Shown: positions 24,978 to 40,000 of the stretch, one piece after another | Layout of the letters: each line of letters begins with the position of its first letter | Numbering within the stretch: the first letter of the stretch is position 1 | From: Cenococcum geophilum | Lineage: Eukaryota | Direction: 5' to 3' | Length of the DNA: 64,000 bases | NCBI GenBank assembly: GCA_050273025.1 | Contig: CP158635.1 | Span: forward strand, 12,214,001 to 12,278,000 | Translations under genes and position numbers: made by a program | The notes under the pieces: generated by a model | The model's input: the letters and a program-made list of their open reading frames with translations, nothing else | Databases searched by the model: none | What the model was told of the DNA's origin: nothing

Positions 24978-25860
24978 ATACTATTATAATAAGTCAAACA
25001 GCGGCTGTACCTATATATCCGCTAAACTAATTAGTAAGGTTGCTAGCTCTAATATATTATCTATTTAATATAGAGGAGTATAGAAAGATCGATAGTTAGT
25101 ATAGGATTACGTAATCGTCTATCTAATATAGGCATAGATAAAGTAGTAGGAAAGGGAGTAAAAGGAGTAGGAGAGGCATAATATATTACGTGGTATTATT
25201 ACCTTTATTAAAAAGAGTCCGCAGTTAAACAGCTTGCTTGCTTATCTTTATCTCGCTCGCTTATCTTACTTATTTAACTTACTCATGTTTAAGCCCTTAT
25301 AAAGTTTATCTTCTATTTATTCTACTTTCCTTTATCTATATAGATTTTCTAGTATATTCTAGCTTACTCGTTCCATCTATAAGAGGATCTTACAATCCAG
25401 CTATAGATAGGACAGTTAATTAATACTTTCCTTTAACACTCCACCAAAAGGCTTAGAAGGAAATGTGTAACCAACTACTGGTACTAAAGCTTGCGCTACC
25501 TTATAACTCATTACCCTACTTCTTGCCATCGCATATCTTACTACTTATTTCTATTACCTATTTCTATTACCTATCACCGACTAAGTAGCGCTGTCTATAG
25601 TGGCTATTGTAGATTATCGTCGTTATCTTTTTACCCCCTACCTTATATATATATAGAGACGTTAAAGCTACATTTACAATTAAGTCGCTTATTTAATTCC
25701 TATATACTATAAAGCTTACAGTTATAAGCCTGGATCGCACTACCTGTTAAGCAATCAATTTACTACCTTATTTAAGAAGTCACTACTTCTACTACCTTTA
25801 TAGTGTCTTAAGTATCTTTACCTATTAAACGAACGGACGGTTAAACCCGACCAATATACC

Positions 25861-26041
25861 TGTGACAGCGACCAGTCAATCGAGGTACTAGCACGGCATA
25901 ACACGCATGCAACCTGTACAATTGGAATATCATTCACGAGGATATTAAGCTAAGGAGCTGAGGTGGAAGAGGACACGTCTATATACATATGCCAAGCCCC
26001 AAGCGAGAGCCCCTGAGCGAATCCGTTACGGTGCCGTAACA
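25861..26041 (-). repeat. Solo LTR (181 bp) inserted in the copia D leader
   Basis: TGTGAC...GTAACA with perfect TSD ATACC. Orientation inferred from similarity to the LTRs of E and the gag-only element. Confidence 0.88.
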
Positions 26042-28488
26042 ATACCCGACTGACAAACGAACTGACAAATCAAATTAAAGGTTTGAAATGTTAAAATAAG
26101 GTTTTTGCTAAGACGCTAATTAGACCCTTTTTGACCTATTAAAATCCTAAAATAACAACTATAAATAAATTAAAAATTATCCTTATCCTTAACCAGCCAT
26201 CTAATTAAATTTAATAGTTTTTTATTATCTAAGACACTACTAAAACTAATAAGGTATAGTAGTATATCGACCTATCTAAAAAAGAAAAGACGAGCTTTTA
26301 AAGCTAGAACTACCGAAACGGCCTATATTAACGGACGTACTACCTATAGCTATATTAATAACTTAACTAAACTAAAACTAGCTTACTACCTATAATTAGC
26401 TCTATGCCGAATATAAGGACGATCTCTATATATACTAAAAGTGAGAATAGGCTATAAACAATATCAGCAACTATATCGTCCGCTCTATATTGGTAGCCTA
26501 CCTTCCTCTTATTAACGGCCTCAAAACGGTATATAAACGGCTTTAAGCACTTAAGACTGCACTTGCCCCTACTACCTTAGGTTAAAAGCATAATGTCCTT
26601 AATTAATATATGGCTTTAAAAGCCTATAATAAAAAGTAGAGTATTAATAAATAGCTAAATAACTAGTGGAACGTCTATAAGCTTATGGAATAGTTAGAGC
26701 TACTAGACGTATAGGGATTTAGGCCACACTATAATTTTGTTTAAGCTATTAAGCCTATCTCTTCTAGCTTTACAGGAGTACTAGAAGTAGATCTTATTTA
26801 TAAAGAATAGAATGACGAAAACGCCCTATTTATTATTAATCTAATTAAGGAATTTAAGGAGTACTACTATATGTAGTAAGTAGTATTAACCTCTACCGCT
26901 GCTAATAGCTCTATATTTACAACCTTTTAAAATAATTTAAATTCTAATTTAAGATAGAATAAGAAATGTATATACGGCCTTATATATTGATTTAACAACT
27001 ACTACTATATTACTAAGAAGAAGCGCCTATATAGATAGAGACTAAACCTAGACGTCTAGAAGGAAGTAGAAGAAAAGATCTCATCTACGCCTTAAATTAA
27101 ACGTATAGTTAATTGTATTTAAAAAGGAGGATAAGAAGCAAAGAAGGACGCAGAATCTATAATTGATTTTAACTCTAAAACCTTACCTTCTACAACACTA
27201 ACCAGCTATACTACTATATTTAGTACTAGCTAAACTCTATTTAAACTCTAGAATACCTAGATACTTAACCCTAGTATAGATATACATATCTGCAGCAATA
27301 AAGACAACTTTATATTTTCTTACCTAGCTATAGAAGACGACTACCTAATTGCTAACGGAAATTTTAAAAAGATTTAAGCTTATGGAATAGTAATTATTAC
27401 TATTAATACACCTACTAGCAAGTTAAAAATAAAGCTATCCTATATAGTACTAGTACCTACCTTTTTTATAAATATTATAGCACTTTTAAGAGCTACTAAT
27501 AACAATATCCATTTCGACTTAGGACGAAACTTACTATACTATCTAGTAACTAGCGAAACAGTCTACTATACAAAACGACTAGGGGGCTACTAGGCGCTAA
27601 TGCATAGAGAGCCTACGCCTACGAATACCCTAGATCTATTAAATTAATTAACCTTCTTAATAGGAAGATACTAACTAAGCAGAATGGCCTATAAACTAGT
27701 CGGAGCTATAGCTACTAAATGGCATAAAATACTTGGCCATATAGGACCTAATGCTATTAAGTAGCTTCCTAAGTATATTAATAGCATAGAGCTAGCTAAA
27801 GAATAAGCACCGCTTAAAATCAAATGTGAAATTTGCTTATTAGCAAAATATATATAGCAGATCTCTTAGAGACGAGAACACGAATATTTAGCCACTTAAC
27901 TATTCGAACGGCTAGTATTTAATATTATTAACCTTAGAGTACCTAGATATAATAGTAATAGATACGCTATACATTTCTATTACACATAATCTAAATTTAA
28001 CTTTATATTTACCTCTAGGAATAAGGATAAAGCTACTATCCTACCTACTATCTAAAAGACTTACCGTTTAATTAAAATACAATTTTACTAAGATGTTATC
28101 TTCTTCTAGAGCAATAATAAACGAGTTTTTTTGATAGATAGGAGACACCCTATAGATATAGTGCGTAGATAAAGGCATTACTTTTAAATGCTAAGCCCTG
28201 TATATAGAAGAATAAAATAGTAGAGCCAAATAATCTAGATAAACCCTTATAGAATAATTAAGGGCTATATAGCTAGAAGCATCCTTACCCCTATCTCTAG
28301 GGCTAGAAGCTTTCCTTACTACTAGCTATACACTTAATTAAACCCTAAATAAGCAACTAGAGTAGAAAACTCTGTATAAGATCGCCTATAATAAGACGCT
28401 ATCTCTTACCTATATGCATGTATACGGTTATAAGACCTATACGCTAGATAAAAGAGTTAAAGGGGGAGACAAGGTAGCTCCTTATGCA

Positions 28489-31400
28489 TGTTAGCGACTT
28501 AGTCAATTCGAGGTACAAGCACGGCAAAAGGGACGCGCAAGCCTATACGAATGGTAGTCTATAAACGAGGATCTAAAGCTAGAGAAAGAAAAGGAGACGG
28601 AGGGTGGCGCCGCTTAACGTTATATATAATCCTCTAGTCACGTAACGGAAACTGTTTAGAACTGTATAAAACTGTCTATAACTATCTATAACTATCTGCA
28701 ATAATCTACCAATATCTATCAGCTATAATCTACTAGTTTCCACTAGTGCCATAACATTACCTCCCCCTCTAAAAAGCCTGCCCTTAGGCTTTATACGTCC
28801 ATATTATGTCCATAGGGTATTCTTATCTTTATACTTAATGGGCAGCTTATTATCTTTGCTATTCTAGTACTCTATCTACTCATCGAGGTACTTTAGGGGT
28901 TTGGGTTTATTAGGGTAATAACTATAGAATTCCTAAAGCTTATAGGGACTACCTATAAAGTTCTATGTAGGGTACTAAGTGGAGTCTAGGTCGTACCCTT
29001 TCCAACTAATATAATATTTTAACGTTCCCCTTACGGGCTTATAGGCCAGTATTTCTTTAATTTCCTATTTGTTATCGCTATTGACTTAGATTAGTAGGGG
29101 AGGTTTATTCTTTTATCTAGGTAATAGGTTATTTATAGCTTTCCGTAGTTTGTCCGGAGAGAAAATAGGGTAAACTTTAATTAAATCTAGGAGCTTTACT
29201 TTATACGCGTTGCCTATCTTCTTAAGAACCTTATACGGTCCTGCTATTTAATAGTTTAGCTTACAGCTAGGTCGTTCCGTCTTCTAGTTCTTTATTATTA
29301 CTTAGAATATATCTCCTACGGCAAAGTTAGGCTCTCGCCTATGCTTATTTGCCTGCTATTATATTAATTTCTAGGCCTTTTCTAAATTTATACGGTCTAC
29401 CATCCAGGCTTCTTTTAAGCGCTTGGTGTATTACTGGGCTTCCTTATAAGATAGTTTTTCGCGTATAGTCTGGGGTCCTTCTAGTCTTTTCTAGTTAAAG
29501 CTTGTGTAGGGTAAGTAGCCTATTTCTAGCTAGATAGGGGCAAATCCTATAGAGTTGTAAGGTAGGGTCGCTTGGGCGTAGTTTATTAGGGGTAATAGTT
29601 TAGCCTAGTTATCTTAGAAGTAGTTAACAAAGGGCCGAAGTCTCTGGTCTAAGTATTAATTTATAATTTCCGTCTAACAATCTATCTGGGGGTAGTATAC
29701 TATAAAAAGCTTTAGCTTAATACCTAAAATCCGAGTAAACTTATTCTAGAAAGCCGAAATAAATTACGGCCTATAATTAAATATAATAGTATCTGGTAGT
29801 CCATAAATTTGGTAGACGTAGTAGATATATAATTAGGCCGCCTCTTTAATATTAATATTTTTATAATAGGGAATTAAGAACGGGCGCTTGCTAAAGCGGT
29901 TAACTAAGATTATAACTATATCGTATCCGTTACGGTCTATAGGTAGTTTATAGAAGTCTATAAAGATATACTATTAGGGGTGTTCTAGTATCAGGAGTGG
30001 TTTTAATAGTCCTGGGGTCTTATCTTGTGAAATTGTAGATCTGCGGCAGTTATTACAGTTCTATATATAGCGGTTAATATCTATAACTATTCTGGGCTAG
30101 TAGTAGCGGTTAACAATAATCTTATAGGTCTTATTTTTTCTAGGGTAGGCCGTAGAGACCTAGGTATAAGCTTTGGTAATAAGTTAGGTCTGTAAGTTCT
30201 GTTCTTTAGCTACTACTAGCCGTTCCTAGTGCTTAAGTAGTCTGTTTTTAAGGGACTATAGGCTAGTAACGTTCTTTGCCTTTTTACAGTACTTCTATAG
30301 AGAGGGGGTCGTTCGGTTAGCCTATAGTAGTTTATTAATAAGGTTAAGTTTAAAGGAGTTAATAGGATATATTTTGGCGCCTAAAGAGTTTGTGCTTAGT
30401 TCTGCCTATATCTAGGGGTTAAGGTGTTTTAGTTATAATAGCGTCTGGGTCCGTAATAAGATCTTTATAGCCGTCTAGTTATTTAGGTCTTGCTTACGCC
30501 TTATAAAAGTGTCCGTATAGTTTATAGCGCCTGGTCTATATATAATTAAGAAGTTAAACTAAGATAGGGTATCCGCCTAGCGTACCTATTAGGCTGTAAG
30601 GGCCTTAGTTATTATAAAGTATTCTAGGGCCTTATAATCTAAAACTACCTTAATTAGCTTAGGGGTCCCCTCTAGCTATATACACTAGTGCTAAAAGCTA
30701 GAGATAATAGCCAGCATTTCTTTATTATAGATATAGTAGTTTAGCTCGGCATCTATTATAGTCTTTAAATAGTATATAATAGGGTGTCACTCTCTGTCCA
30801 GTTGCTTTTAGGAAAAAATACTAGCTATTGCGCCGTCTAAGGTATTAGTTTTTAGTATTAAGGGCCGTTTTGGGTTAAAATAGATAAATAGGGGAGCCGA
30901 TACTAGCCGTTTCTTAAGCTTATTAAAGGCCTGTCTATATATAGCGTTAAAGTAGAAGGGCTAGTTTTTTTAGTAAGACGGTTAAGAGGCCGGGCGATTC
31001 TACTGTAGTTCTTAATAAAGCATTAGTAGAAGTTATAAAAACCTAAAAATAATTATACCCTCTTTACGGTCTGTGGGGGTGCCTACTAGTTAATTATAGC
31101 TGTCTTCTCTGGGTTGGTTTTAATTCCGTCTATGCTAATAATAAAACCTAAGTACTTTATACGCTTAACACTAAACTCTAACTTCTTAATATTAACCTAG
31201 AGGCTAGCCTTGCGGAGCCGTTATAGGACTTTATAGACGTGCTCCTCGTATTCTAGCTTATTCTTAAAGTAGATTATAATATTATCTAAATAGGCCGTAT
31301 AGAGGTCGTTAAGGTAGTTAAAGAGTATATCGTTTATGTACTGCTAGTATATAGCTAGTCCGTTAGTTAGTCTAAAAGGGAGTACCTTATATTTATATAT

Positions 31401-34012
31401 TCTGTAATAGGTCTAAAATATAGTAAGATCTTTAGACCTAGGGTTTATCCTAATTTAGTGGAAGGCCTAGCGGATATTAAGCTTTATAAAGACCTTAGCT
31501 CTATTTATTTAGGCCAGAGTCTTATTAAGTAGGGGTAGCGGATAGCGGTCCTTGCGGGTTATATTATTTAGTTTATAGTAGTTAATATAGAAGCGGAGTC
31601 CTCTATTTAGCTTTTTAATAAAGAGAATAGGTAAGGTAAAAGGGGCTTAGCTAGGCTTAATAAAGCCCTTATTTAGGTTATTAATAAAATACTGCTTTAT
31701 AGCCTGTAATTTAGTAATAGACTATTTATAGAGGGGGCTAAAGCTAAGGGTGTTTTCCTTGCCCTGCTTAATCTTAATCTTATAATTATACAGTTAGTAA
31801 GGTGGAAGTATATTGGACGCTACTTTAGAGAATATATCCTTAAATTTTTGGTGTTAATAAGGCAGCTTTTATTTTACTAGTTCCTTATCTATAAGCTCGC
31901 TTTCTTATCCGCTAAGCTTACTTCCCTTTTCCTTAATTATTTAATTAATTTCGTATAAGCTCGTTATAAAGGTAATAGTATTAGGCTAAACTAAGTTCTA
32001 ATAAAATCCTACGGCACTAATATAGCAGATATTAACTAGTAGGGGGTTTACTAGTTTCCTTATAGCCGTTTTCTAGACTATATTTTGCGGTGTAGGGTTC
32101 GTAATCTTTCTTAGCTCCTATTCTATTTTCCATAGATTATCCCTCCGATCTATTAGTTTAGTATAATGTCTAATATCCCTTACTATTCTTTATAGCAGTA
32201 TAGGGCCTAAGCTCTCTATAGGGGGCTTTTCTAGGTCACTACTAACTTCCTAGGTTTTTAATGCGGGTGGCGTAATATAGGTAGTCTGGGGGCAACGTAG
32301 TATACAAATCCGTTGCGAATTAAGCTGTATATCTTTCTCGAAGGCCTAGTCCCTACGTATAGTATTGGCCTGGTAAATAGTATTAATCTAGGGCCGTATA
32401 AGGTTTTTTATTGTAATACTAATTTCTTTTATAAAGGAAGGGGTTAGGGGTAAGGTTTTAGGCTAGATAAGCCGTCTACTCTATACGTTAAGCTATAAGC
32501 CTAAATGGGCTAGCTATTTTCGCCCTAAGATTATATTATAGCTACCTAGGTCCGTAATAAGGAAGGGGATATTATACTACCTTTGTCCGTTAACACGGAG
32601 GTAAATCTACAAGATAGTCGTAATAGGTGGCCCTATCTGCCCATTATACCCATGGATAGAAATTGGTTTAGGCAGTTCTTTAATAGGTACATTTAGAAAG
32701 TTAGCTAGCTTTACGGTATATTAGGTATCTATTAAGGTAAAGGCATTTACTTTAAAATTAGCTAAAGCAGAGGTTAAAACTTAGTATTTATTGCGGAATA
32801 AAGTATAAGGGATAGTATAGCTTTTTTTACTAACTAGCCGACCTAGATTAACATCTAATATATTAATCCCTTTTAACCCTAAAGAGGAGTCTTCCTCTAA
32901 GGTTCCTCTTTTTCTAACTCTATACTATCCTCCTAGATTAACAGAACCTCGTCCGCTTTTACGCCTATTAGGTAATCCTTTATATAGTAATCTTTCTAAC
33001 CATAAAAGAAGCAAGCTCCTTAATCACTAAGGGCCTATATATGGGGGTTGCTCTACGTAGGCCGAGCATTTACTAGACCTATAGCAGGACTAGCCGCACG
33101 GCTAGCTATTAAATTGGCGGCGGGCTATACAGGTAGTGCTATAGGGGTTGTTAATTGTGCTGGGGCATTATAGGCTGTTTTTATATTGCTTATGATCTGA
33201 TTTAAAGGGTTTCTAGCTTTATACCGTTTAGCGTATACCTTAATTTAGCGAAGGCCTTAGTCGATAGCTAAGCACTAGTCTATAAGTTCCTTTAGCGTCT
33301 ATACAGTAGTAAAAACTAGCAGTACGGCTCGCTGTAGGTCTAGGGTAAGCTTATTAAATAGGTCTGGTATTAGATCTTCCTGGGGAATTTAAACCTAGCT
33401 AGCTAGGTATAGAAAGCGGGTCTAAAAGGCTAAGAAGGTCTCTGTTATTTTTATATTTAGGCTTTTATAATCAAGTTAAGCGTTTTATACTTTAAATGGG
33501 TCCCTACAGCTGCTTTGCCGGCTGCTATATTTCTTAGCATCGTAGTATAGTTATTAGAGTAACTTTTAGTAGAATTCTATAGGGGTTCTAGTCTGTGCGT
33601 GTTCTATAGATCTTGTTATTCTTTTCTATTCTTTAAGTTCTAGTAATAGTCTTTAGGTCTATTTCTGTGTTCTATTCTTATTTATGGTCCGTAAATATTT
33701 TTAAGTTCCTTCTCAGGAAGAAGAGGTAGTTAAGCTTTAGATAATATTAGCAACTTAGTTAATTTAAGGCACGAGCACGGCAAAAGGGACGCGTAAGCCT
33801 ATATAAATGGTAGTCTATAAACAAGGATCTAAAGCTAAAGAAAGGAAAGGAGACGGAGGGTAGCGCCGCTTAACGTTATATACGATCCTCTAGTCACGTG
33901 ACGGAAACTGTCTAGAACTGTATAAAACTGTTTACGACTATCTATAACTGTCTGCGATAATCTACCGATATCCATCAGCTATAATCTACCAGTTTCCACT
34001 AGTGCCATAATA
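28489..34012 (-). mobile_element. Ty3/gypsy chromovirus E (family 2), inserted near the end of the copia D integrase
   Basis: 268-bp LTRs at 28489-28756 and 33745-34012; perfect TSD ATGCA; PPT 28757-28770. Chromodomain (YYISWKGYD) at about 28900-29070, RT AYLDNIII at about 31270-31295, protease at about 32730-32770, CCHC knuckle at about 32975-33015. Confidence 0.93.
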
Positions 34013-37000
34013 ATGCACTAATTAGATATCTAGTCGGCTATAATTTAACTAATATTTACTATATTTAGATTCTAAGTCTCTGCAAGGTTATTTAAACTAG
34101 AGATATTATATTTAATAAGAACTTGTTCTATAACCCTAAGGGTTAAAATATTAACTACCTACTAAGGGAAGTATTAGAAGATACCCTCTAGATAATTAGT
34201 TTACTAAAACCTCTCTATAAGGATAAATCTAAGGATAAGTCTATCCTATATAAACCTACCTTAAATATAGATTAAATAACTATACCTAAATTAAACGATT
34301 TGGTAGAGCCTTCTATAAAGGATACTAAGTAGTTACTAAATTCTAGTAGAATAGTATTTTTAGATATACTAGAAACAAATACTATACTAGGAGGACTTTA
34401 AGACGATATCTTAGATATAATTAAAGTAATTCCTACCTAGCTAAGCAGTTTACTAGAACTATTAAATACCGCTCTATAAACTAATAAAGTCTTAGCTAAA
34501 CCTTCTACTAACCTTACCCTACTAGAAGGATTAGAAAGAATTTAATATTAAGTATTTATAATAGTACTAGCTAATCTATCTACCCTATTTAGTTACTATA
34601 CTAGATTAACTATAGGACTAGTAAAGGATATTAACCAAACTAGATTCTTATCCTTATCTCTATATTAAGATAATCTTCCTCCTAAACTAAAGAACCTTAA
34701 AGAGCTAAGAAAGCATCTATTAACTACCAGCTTTTAAAAGGCTATAGAAAAAGAATATAACAACCTAAAATAATAAGAAACGTTTAAATCTGTACTAAAA
34801 GTAGAGGTAAGTAATAAACAGATTCTACTACTAAAATAGGTCTTTAAATATAAGCTTAACAGCGATAGTTACCTTTAAAAGCTAAAAGCTTAACTATATA
34901 CCCATAGAGACCTATAGATTACTAAAGAAGAGACCTATGTAGTAACCCTAGCTGCTTAAATATTCCGTGCTCTTATAGCTATAGCAGCTACATTTAATTT
35001 GGAAATTTAATAGTATAATACTATAAATGTATTTATAAATGCTAAGCTTAGTAAACTAGTCTACTACTACTACCTAGAAGGATTTAATTAAAATAGATAT
35101 ATCCTAGAGCTATTTATAGCGCTCTATAGATTAAAAATATTACCACTACTATAGTATAAAGAACTTGCTAGTATACTAACTGCCTATTTACTAATAGATA
35201 ACTTATTGTCTTTTTTTACGTAGATAATATTGCTGTTCTATTTACTAAAAAGGACCTACTAAGACTAGAAGAATTTAAAGCTAAATTACTATAACAATAT
35301 AAGATCTATGCATTAGGAGACCTATAGTAGTTCCTAGGAATTTAAATTAAATAAGATTAACTAAGTTAAAAGCTCTAGCTTTACTAAGATTCCTATATTA
35401 AAAAGATAGCTAATTAATTTAATATTTAACTAGGTAGATTTCCTAAGTTACTACTTCCCGCTAAAGAACTAATTCCGTCCAACTAGTAGATAAACCCTTA
35501 AAGAACTCTAGCCTACTAGTAACGGGTTAGTTCGCTTATATATCTTACTATATTTAAAAGGCCTAATATTACTAAAACGTATTCTAAGCTGGCTAAATTC
35601 CTTACTAATCTAAATTAAAAGTACCTTAATATAGCAAACTAAGTAATTACCTATTACCTTAGAATAAAATCTATAGCTATTAAATATTCTAGTAAAGTAT
35701 TTAGAGTATATATATACTTTAAGAACCCTAAAGAAGAAGACGTTACCTTTTATAGAGCATTTAATATAGCATTTACAGACTATAAAGAAACTAGATAGAG
35801 CTCTTAAGAATACCTATTTATACTATATAGAGGACTAATTAATTAGAAAGCAACCCTATAAAGGTCCGTTACTTAATTAACTACTAATGTAGAACTTCTT
35901 TCCCTATCTACTACTACTATTAAGATTATCTAGTGGTAACGTTTCTTTAAAGCAATTGGCTTTAATTTAGAACGCGAATTTATCTTACTATATAATAATA
36001 TATAGACCGTACGCCTACTAAGACAGGATACACCAAAACTTAATACTAAGCTTTAATATATTAACATCTATTAGTATTAGCTTAGATAGGAGGTCTAAGA
36101 TAAAAAGATTAATGTCTAATAGATGTTACGGAGTAAGTATAAGCGGCGATAATATATAGCAAGGCAGATATTATTAAGCTATATACATAAACTATATAAG
36201 AAGTTAAGACGTTACATAAGGAAAGAAGGTAAGAAAATAGGAGGAAAGGGTATATATCGTTAACTTAGTTACTTAGTTAATACGTACACGGGGTAGAATA
36301 GGATTTAGGCAATAGTCCTAGCAAAACTTAGTAGGATTTAGTAGACTTAGCAGAATATAGCAGAATGTGGCAGATTACTATAGATTATTATTAAATTGCC
36401 GTTAGATTACTATTAGGCTGCTATTTTATAGTTAGTCTCTAATTACTAAGTTGGTAGAAATAGGTAGATATATATAAGGTATTATAGGGGTGTCCCATAA
36501 TAGTATCCCCCCTTTAAACTTAAGCTTTTGTAAAATAGGGCTATAGTAGTTCTAGGTAAAGTTTATAAAAGTCTTCTACGGCTTATATAAGTCCTATAAA
36601 GTTAACGGGTTCCTATAAGGGCTTAGTATAGCCTTTCCACTTTATAAGATATATATATTAGCGTTTCCGTTTATTATACTTAATATTATTAATTCTTTTA
36701 ATAAAGTATTTATCCTTACTATCCACCTTAACTAGTAGGGGAAGGTTCTATATTTGTTTAGGCAGGGCGTTTAATATGGGGGCAGTAGGGTAAAGGACTG
36801 ACGTATAGAATACAGGGTGGATTTTAACTATATTAGGGAGCTTTAGTTGGTAAGCATAAGGAAAGATAACCTTTTTAACCTTATAAGGGCCAGCGTTCTT
36901 CTAACTAAGTTTTTTAATAGGTCGTTTTATATTTAGATTTCTTATATCTAGCTAGACGAAATTACTAACTTAATAGGCTAGTGCTAGGGTTTATTTCTTA

Positions 37001-40000
37001 TTCGCTGCGGCTTTATAGATAGATTAAGCCTATATTATCTTATTAATAAGAAACTGTTATAGTTCCTCTATCTTCTCTATAAATTAATTTACTTCTATAA
37101 CTTATAAGGCATAATAAACGGGGTAAGGAATATTACTAAAGGGTTTAAAACCTATTTGTAGGTGCTAGCCGTAATTGGCTAGGAATGGGGAAACTTTTGT
37201 AGTTTCTAAAATGGAATTATTTGTAGTAAACTCGGCGAATATAAGCTAGTTAATTCAGTTATTCTATAAATATGACGTGTATATCTAAATATACTATTCT
37301 ATTATAGTATTTACGCGTTCTATTTAACTATCCGTTTCTAGGTAATATGTAATAAACAATAGTGCTTTAATATAGAGTTAAGTAGTTAGTTCTTTCTAGA
37401 ATACTAAGATAAACTAGCTACCTTTATTAGAGGTAATCGTTTTAAAGAGTCCGTAGAGATTTTATACGTAGTCTAGAAATAATTAGGTAATAGTAGGCGT
37501 TAATATATTAGGGCAGGCAATTAAGTATCTTATCTTAGATAGTTGGTTTATAACTACTATAATATTTATATAGCCTCTACTCTTAGGGAGGTTAATAATA
37601 AAGTTAATTAAGATATCCTCTTATCTTTAGTCCGGAATAGGCAGCGGCTTTAAAAGGCCGTTATATATCTTATATAAGGCTTTAGCTCGTTAATAGATAT
37701 AGTAGCTAAAGACGTACCTTCGTGTTATATTATACATATTTAGCTAGTAATACTCCCGTTAAAGTAGTTCTAAGATCTTTCCTTAGCCCAGGTAGCTGGC
37801 GATAGGTAGATATTATATATATTTTAGGAGCTTAAGCTTAAGCTTATTGTAATTAGGGATAACTAGACGGTTCTAGTAATATAAGCGGTTTCTATAGGCT
37901 TTATATTTACTTAAAGAAATCTTTTTAGAGCGTCTAATGCTATCTTATATTAGCTTAAGCATCTCTTAAATAAACTTATTATTTAGGTATTTATTAACTA
38001 TAATCTATTTAATTAATTAATTAGTTATTTTAAAGACGTATACTATAAGATCTTTAGTAGGAGGGTTAAATAGTTTAGGGTAAAGTAGGGTCTAATTTCT
38101 ATAAGAGCGCGCTTTTTTTAAGGCTAGCGCGTCTTACGAGCGTTAGGTTAGGGTATTAGGCTTTTAACCTTAGATATCTAGGCGGTATATAATTAAAAAT
38201 TGGAAATAGGATAGATATTCTAACTAGCGGGCCTAATAATAGCTTATCTGTTTTATGGTTGTAAAGTACTATAGATTCTTATAGTCGCTAAGGACCTTAA
38301 TTAGAAATCTGGTGCCTTTTAGTTTAGGTCACCATTATTTAAAATATCTAATAATAGCCAGTAACTCCTTATCGTAGATTTTATAGTTATATTTAGCTAG
38401 GCTTAGTTGTTCTAAGTAGTATACTATAGGGTATAATACTCTATCTTTGTTATATTAAGATAGAATACCTTTAGTAATATAGTTGGATAAGTTAGATTCT
38501 ATAATACTTATTTAGTTTAGGTTAAAGTGTTAAAGTATAAGTATAGTAGTAAATATAACCTTTAGATAAGTAAAGGCCTTCTTATATTCCTTATTAAAGA
38601 TAAAGGCTTTATTCTTTTAGGTTAGAGCTATAAGGGGTAAAACTAAGGTAGAGAAGTTATTAATAAATTATTAGTAGAAATTGGCAAATCCTATAAAGGC
38701 TCTTATATCCTTAACATTCTTAGGTTCTTACCAGTTTATAATTACTTTAACTTTCTTTAAGTCTATTTATATACCGTTTATAAAAATAAAAAGCCTAAGG
38801 TATAGGACTTCTATTTTATAGAATTTATATTTATCTATATTTAATTATAGACTAGCTCCTTATAGGGCTTATAAAATAAGATTAACGTATTTCCGGTATT
38901 CAGTTAGGTTATTACTATATATTAGGATATCGTTAATATAAGCAGTATAGAAGATATTTAGGTAAGGACGTAGGGTATTATTTATATAATATTAAAACAA
39001 GCTCGGAGCGTTTATAAGGCTAAAGAGTATTACTAAGTACTTAAATAATCTATATTAGGTATAAAACGTAGTAAGCTATTTATCTCCTTTTATAATACGG
39101 AGGCGGTTAAATATAGAGATAATATTAAGCTTTGTGTAAAAGCGAGCCTTATTTAGTTAGTTTAGCATCTCTTATATTAGCGGGATTGGATATTAGTTCT
39201 TAATAGTAACAGCGTTAAGAGCTTAGTAGTTTACACAGAAACGTAGTCTACTGCTTAGTTTCTTAATAAAGATTACTAATACAGCTATAGGTAAAGAGCT
39301 TACTCTAATAAATCCTTTACTTAGGTTTTCGTCTAGGTACTTCTATAGCACTTAAAGTTTATTTTAGAACATCCTATATAGGGGTCTAAATCTAGGCTGC
39401 TTCCCTTCTTTAAGTATAATCTTATAATTATATAGTTAGTATTCTAGTAGCTTATCGGCTTCCTTCTATAAGAATGCCTTTAGGCGGTTATAGTACTTTA
39501 CTAGTACCTTTATAGTAGGGTTAGTGTACCTTTTTAGTACTAAGGCCTTCTTAATATCAGCTATAGTGACAGTAAAGATTATATATTTAGGTTTCTTAGC
39601 AAGTTACGCTAGCGGGGTAGCTCTAATTATATAGATATCTAGGGTGTTAAGCTTGCTTAGATTGTCCATAGTTTCTTATTTAGTATTAGGTATAAAGTTA
39701 GTATTAGATTTAGGTTTGAGTTCTTTAAAAATCCTTTTTATAGTAAAATACTAGTTTTTCTAGTATTTTCGTATATTAAGCTTAAGCTTTTACTTAGCTT
39801 AGGACAGTATAGTACTTAATAATAACTTATAGAATTTAGTAGAGTTTTTAAATCCTTAGTGGATATCGGTAGAATTCTTATATTAGTGGAATTTAGTAGA
39901 ATTCTTATGCTAGTGGAATCTGGTAGATTCCTTAGGCGTAAAGTAGATATTAGTAGAAATTTTAGACTAGTATATTCTAGTGAATTTTTTAGATTTTAGT

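Larger units (their letters stand above)
25466..36123 (+). mobile_element. Ty1/copia element D; 3' end displaced beyond the window by insertion of F
   Basis: 5' LTR about 25466-25720 (TGTAA...TTACA) followed by GTTATAAGCC. Gag from about 26088; protease *ILNPSIDIHIC at about 27258; WHKILGHIG at 27720; KCEIC; YLVGYNLTNIY at about 34026; RT FFYVDNI at about 35212; RNase H KL*YINIY*Y*LR*EV at about 36048. The PR-IN-RT-RH order is that of copia. Confidence 0.9.

Noticed and set aside
22780..25465. Possible degraded host gene or transposase in the AT-rich backbone
   Set aside because: Too mutated; I could not recognise any motif by manual translation.
25238..25712. Two short Leu/Tyr/Ile-rich ORFs
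   Set aside because: Low-complexity RIP-biased sequence; the second lies in the copia D LTR.
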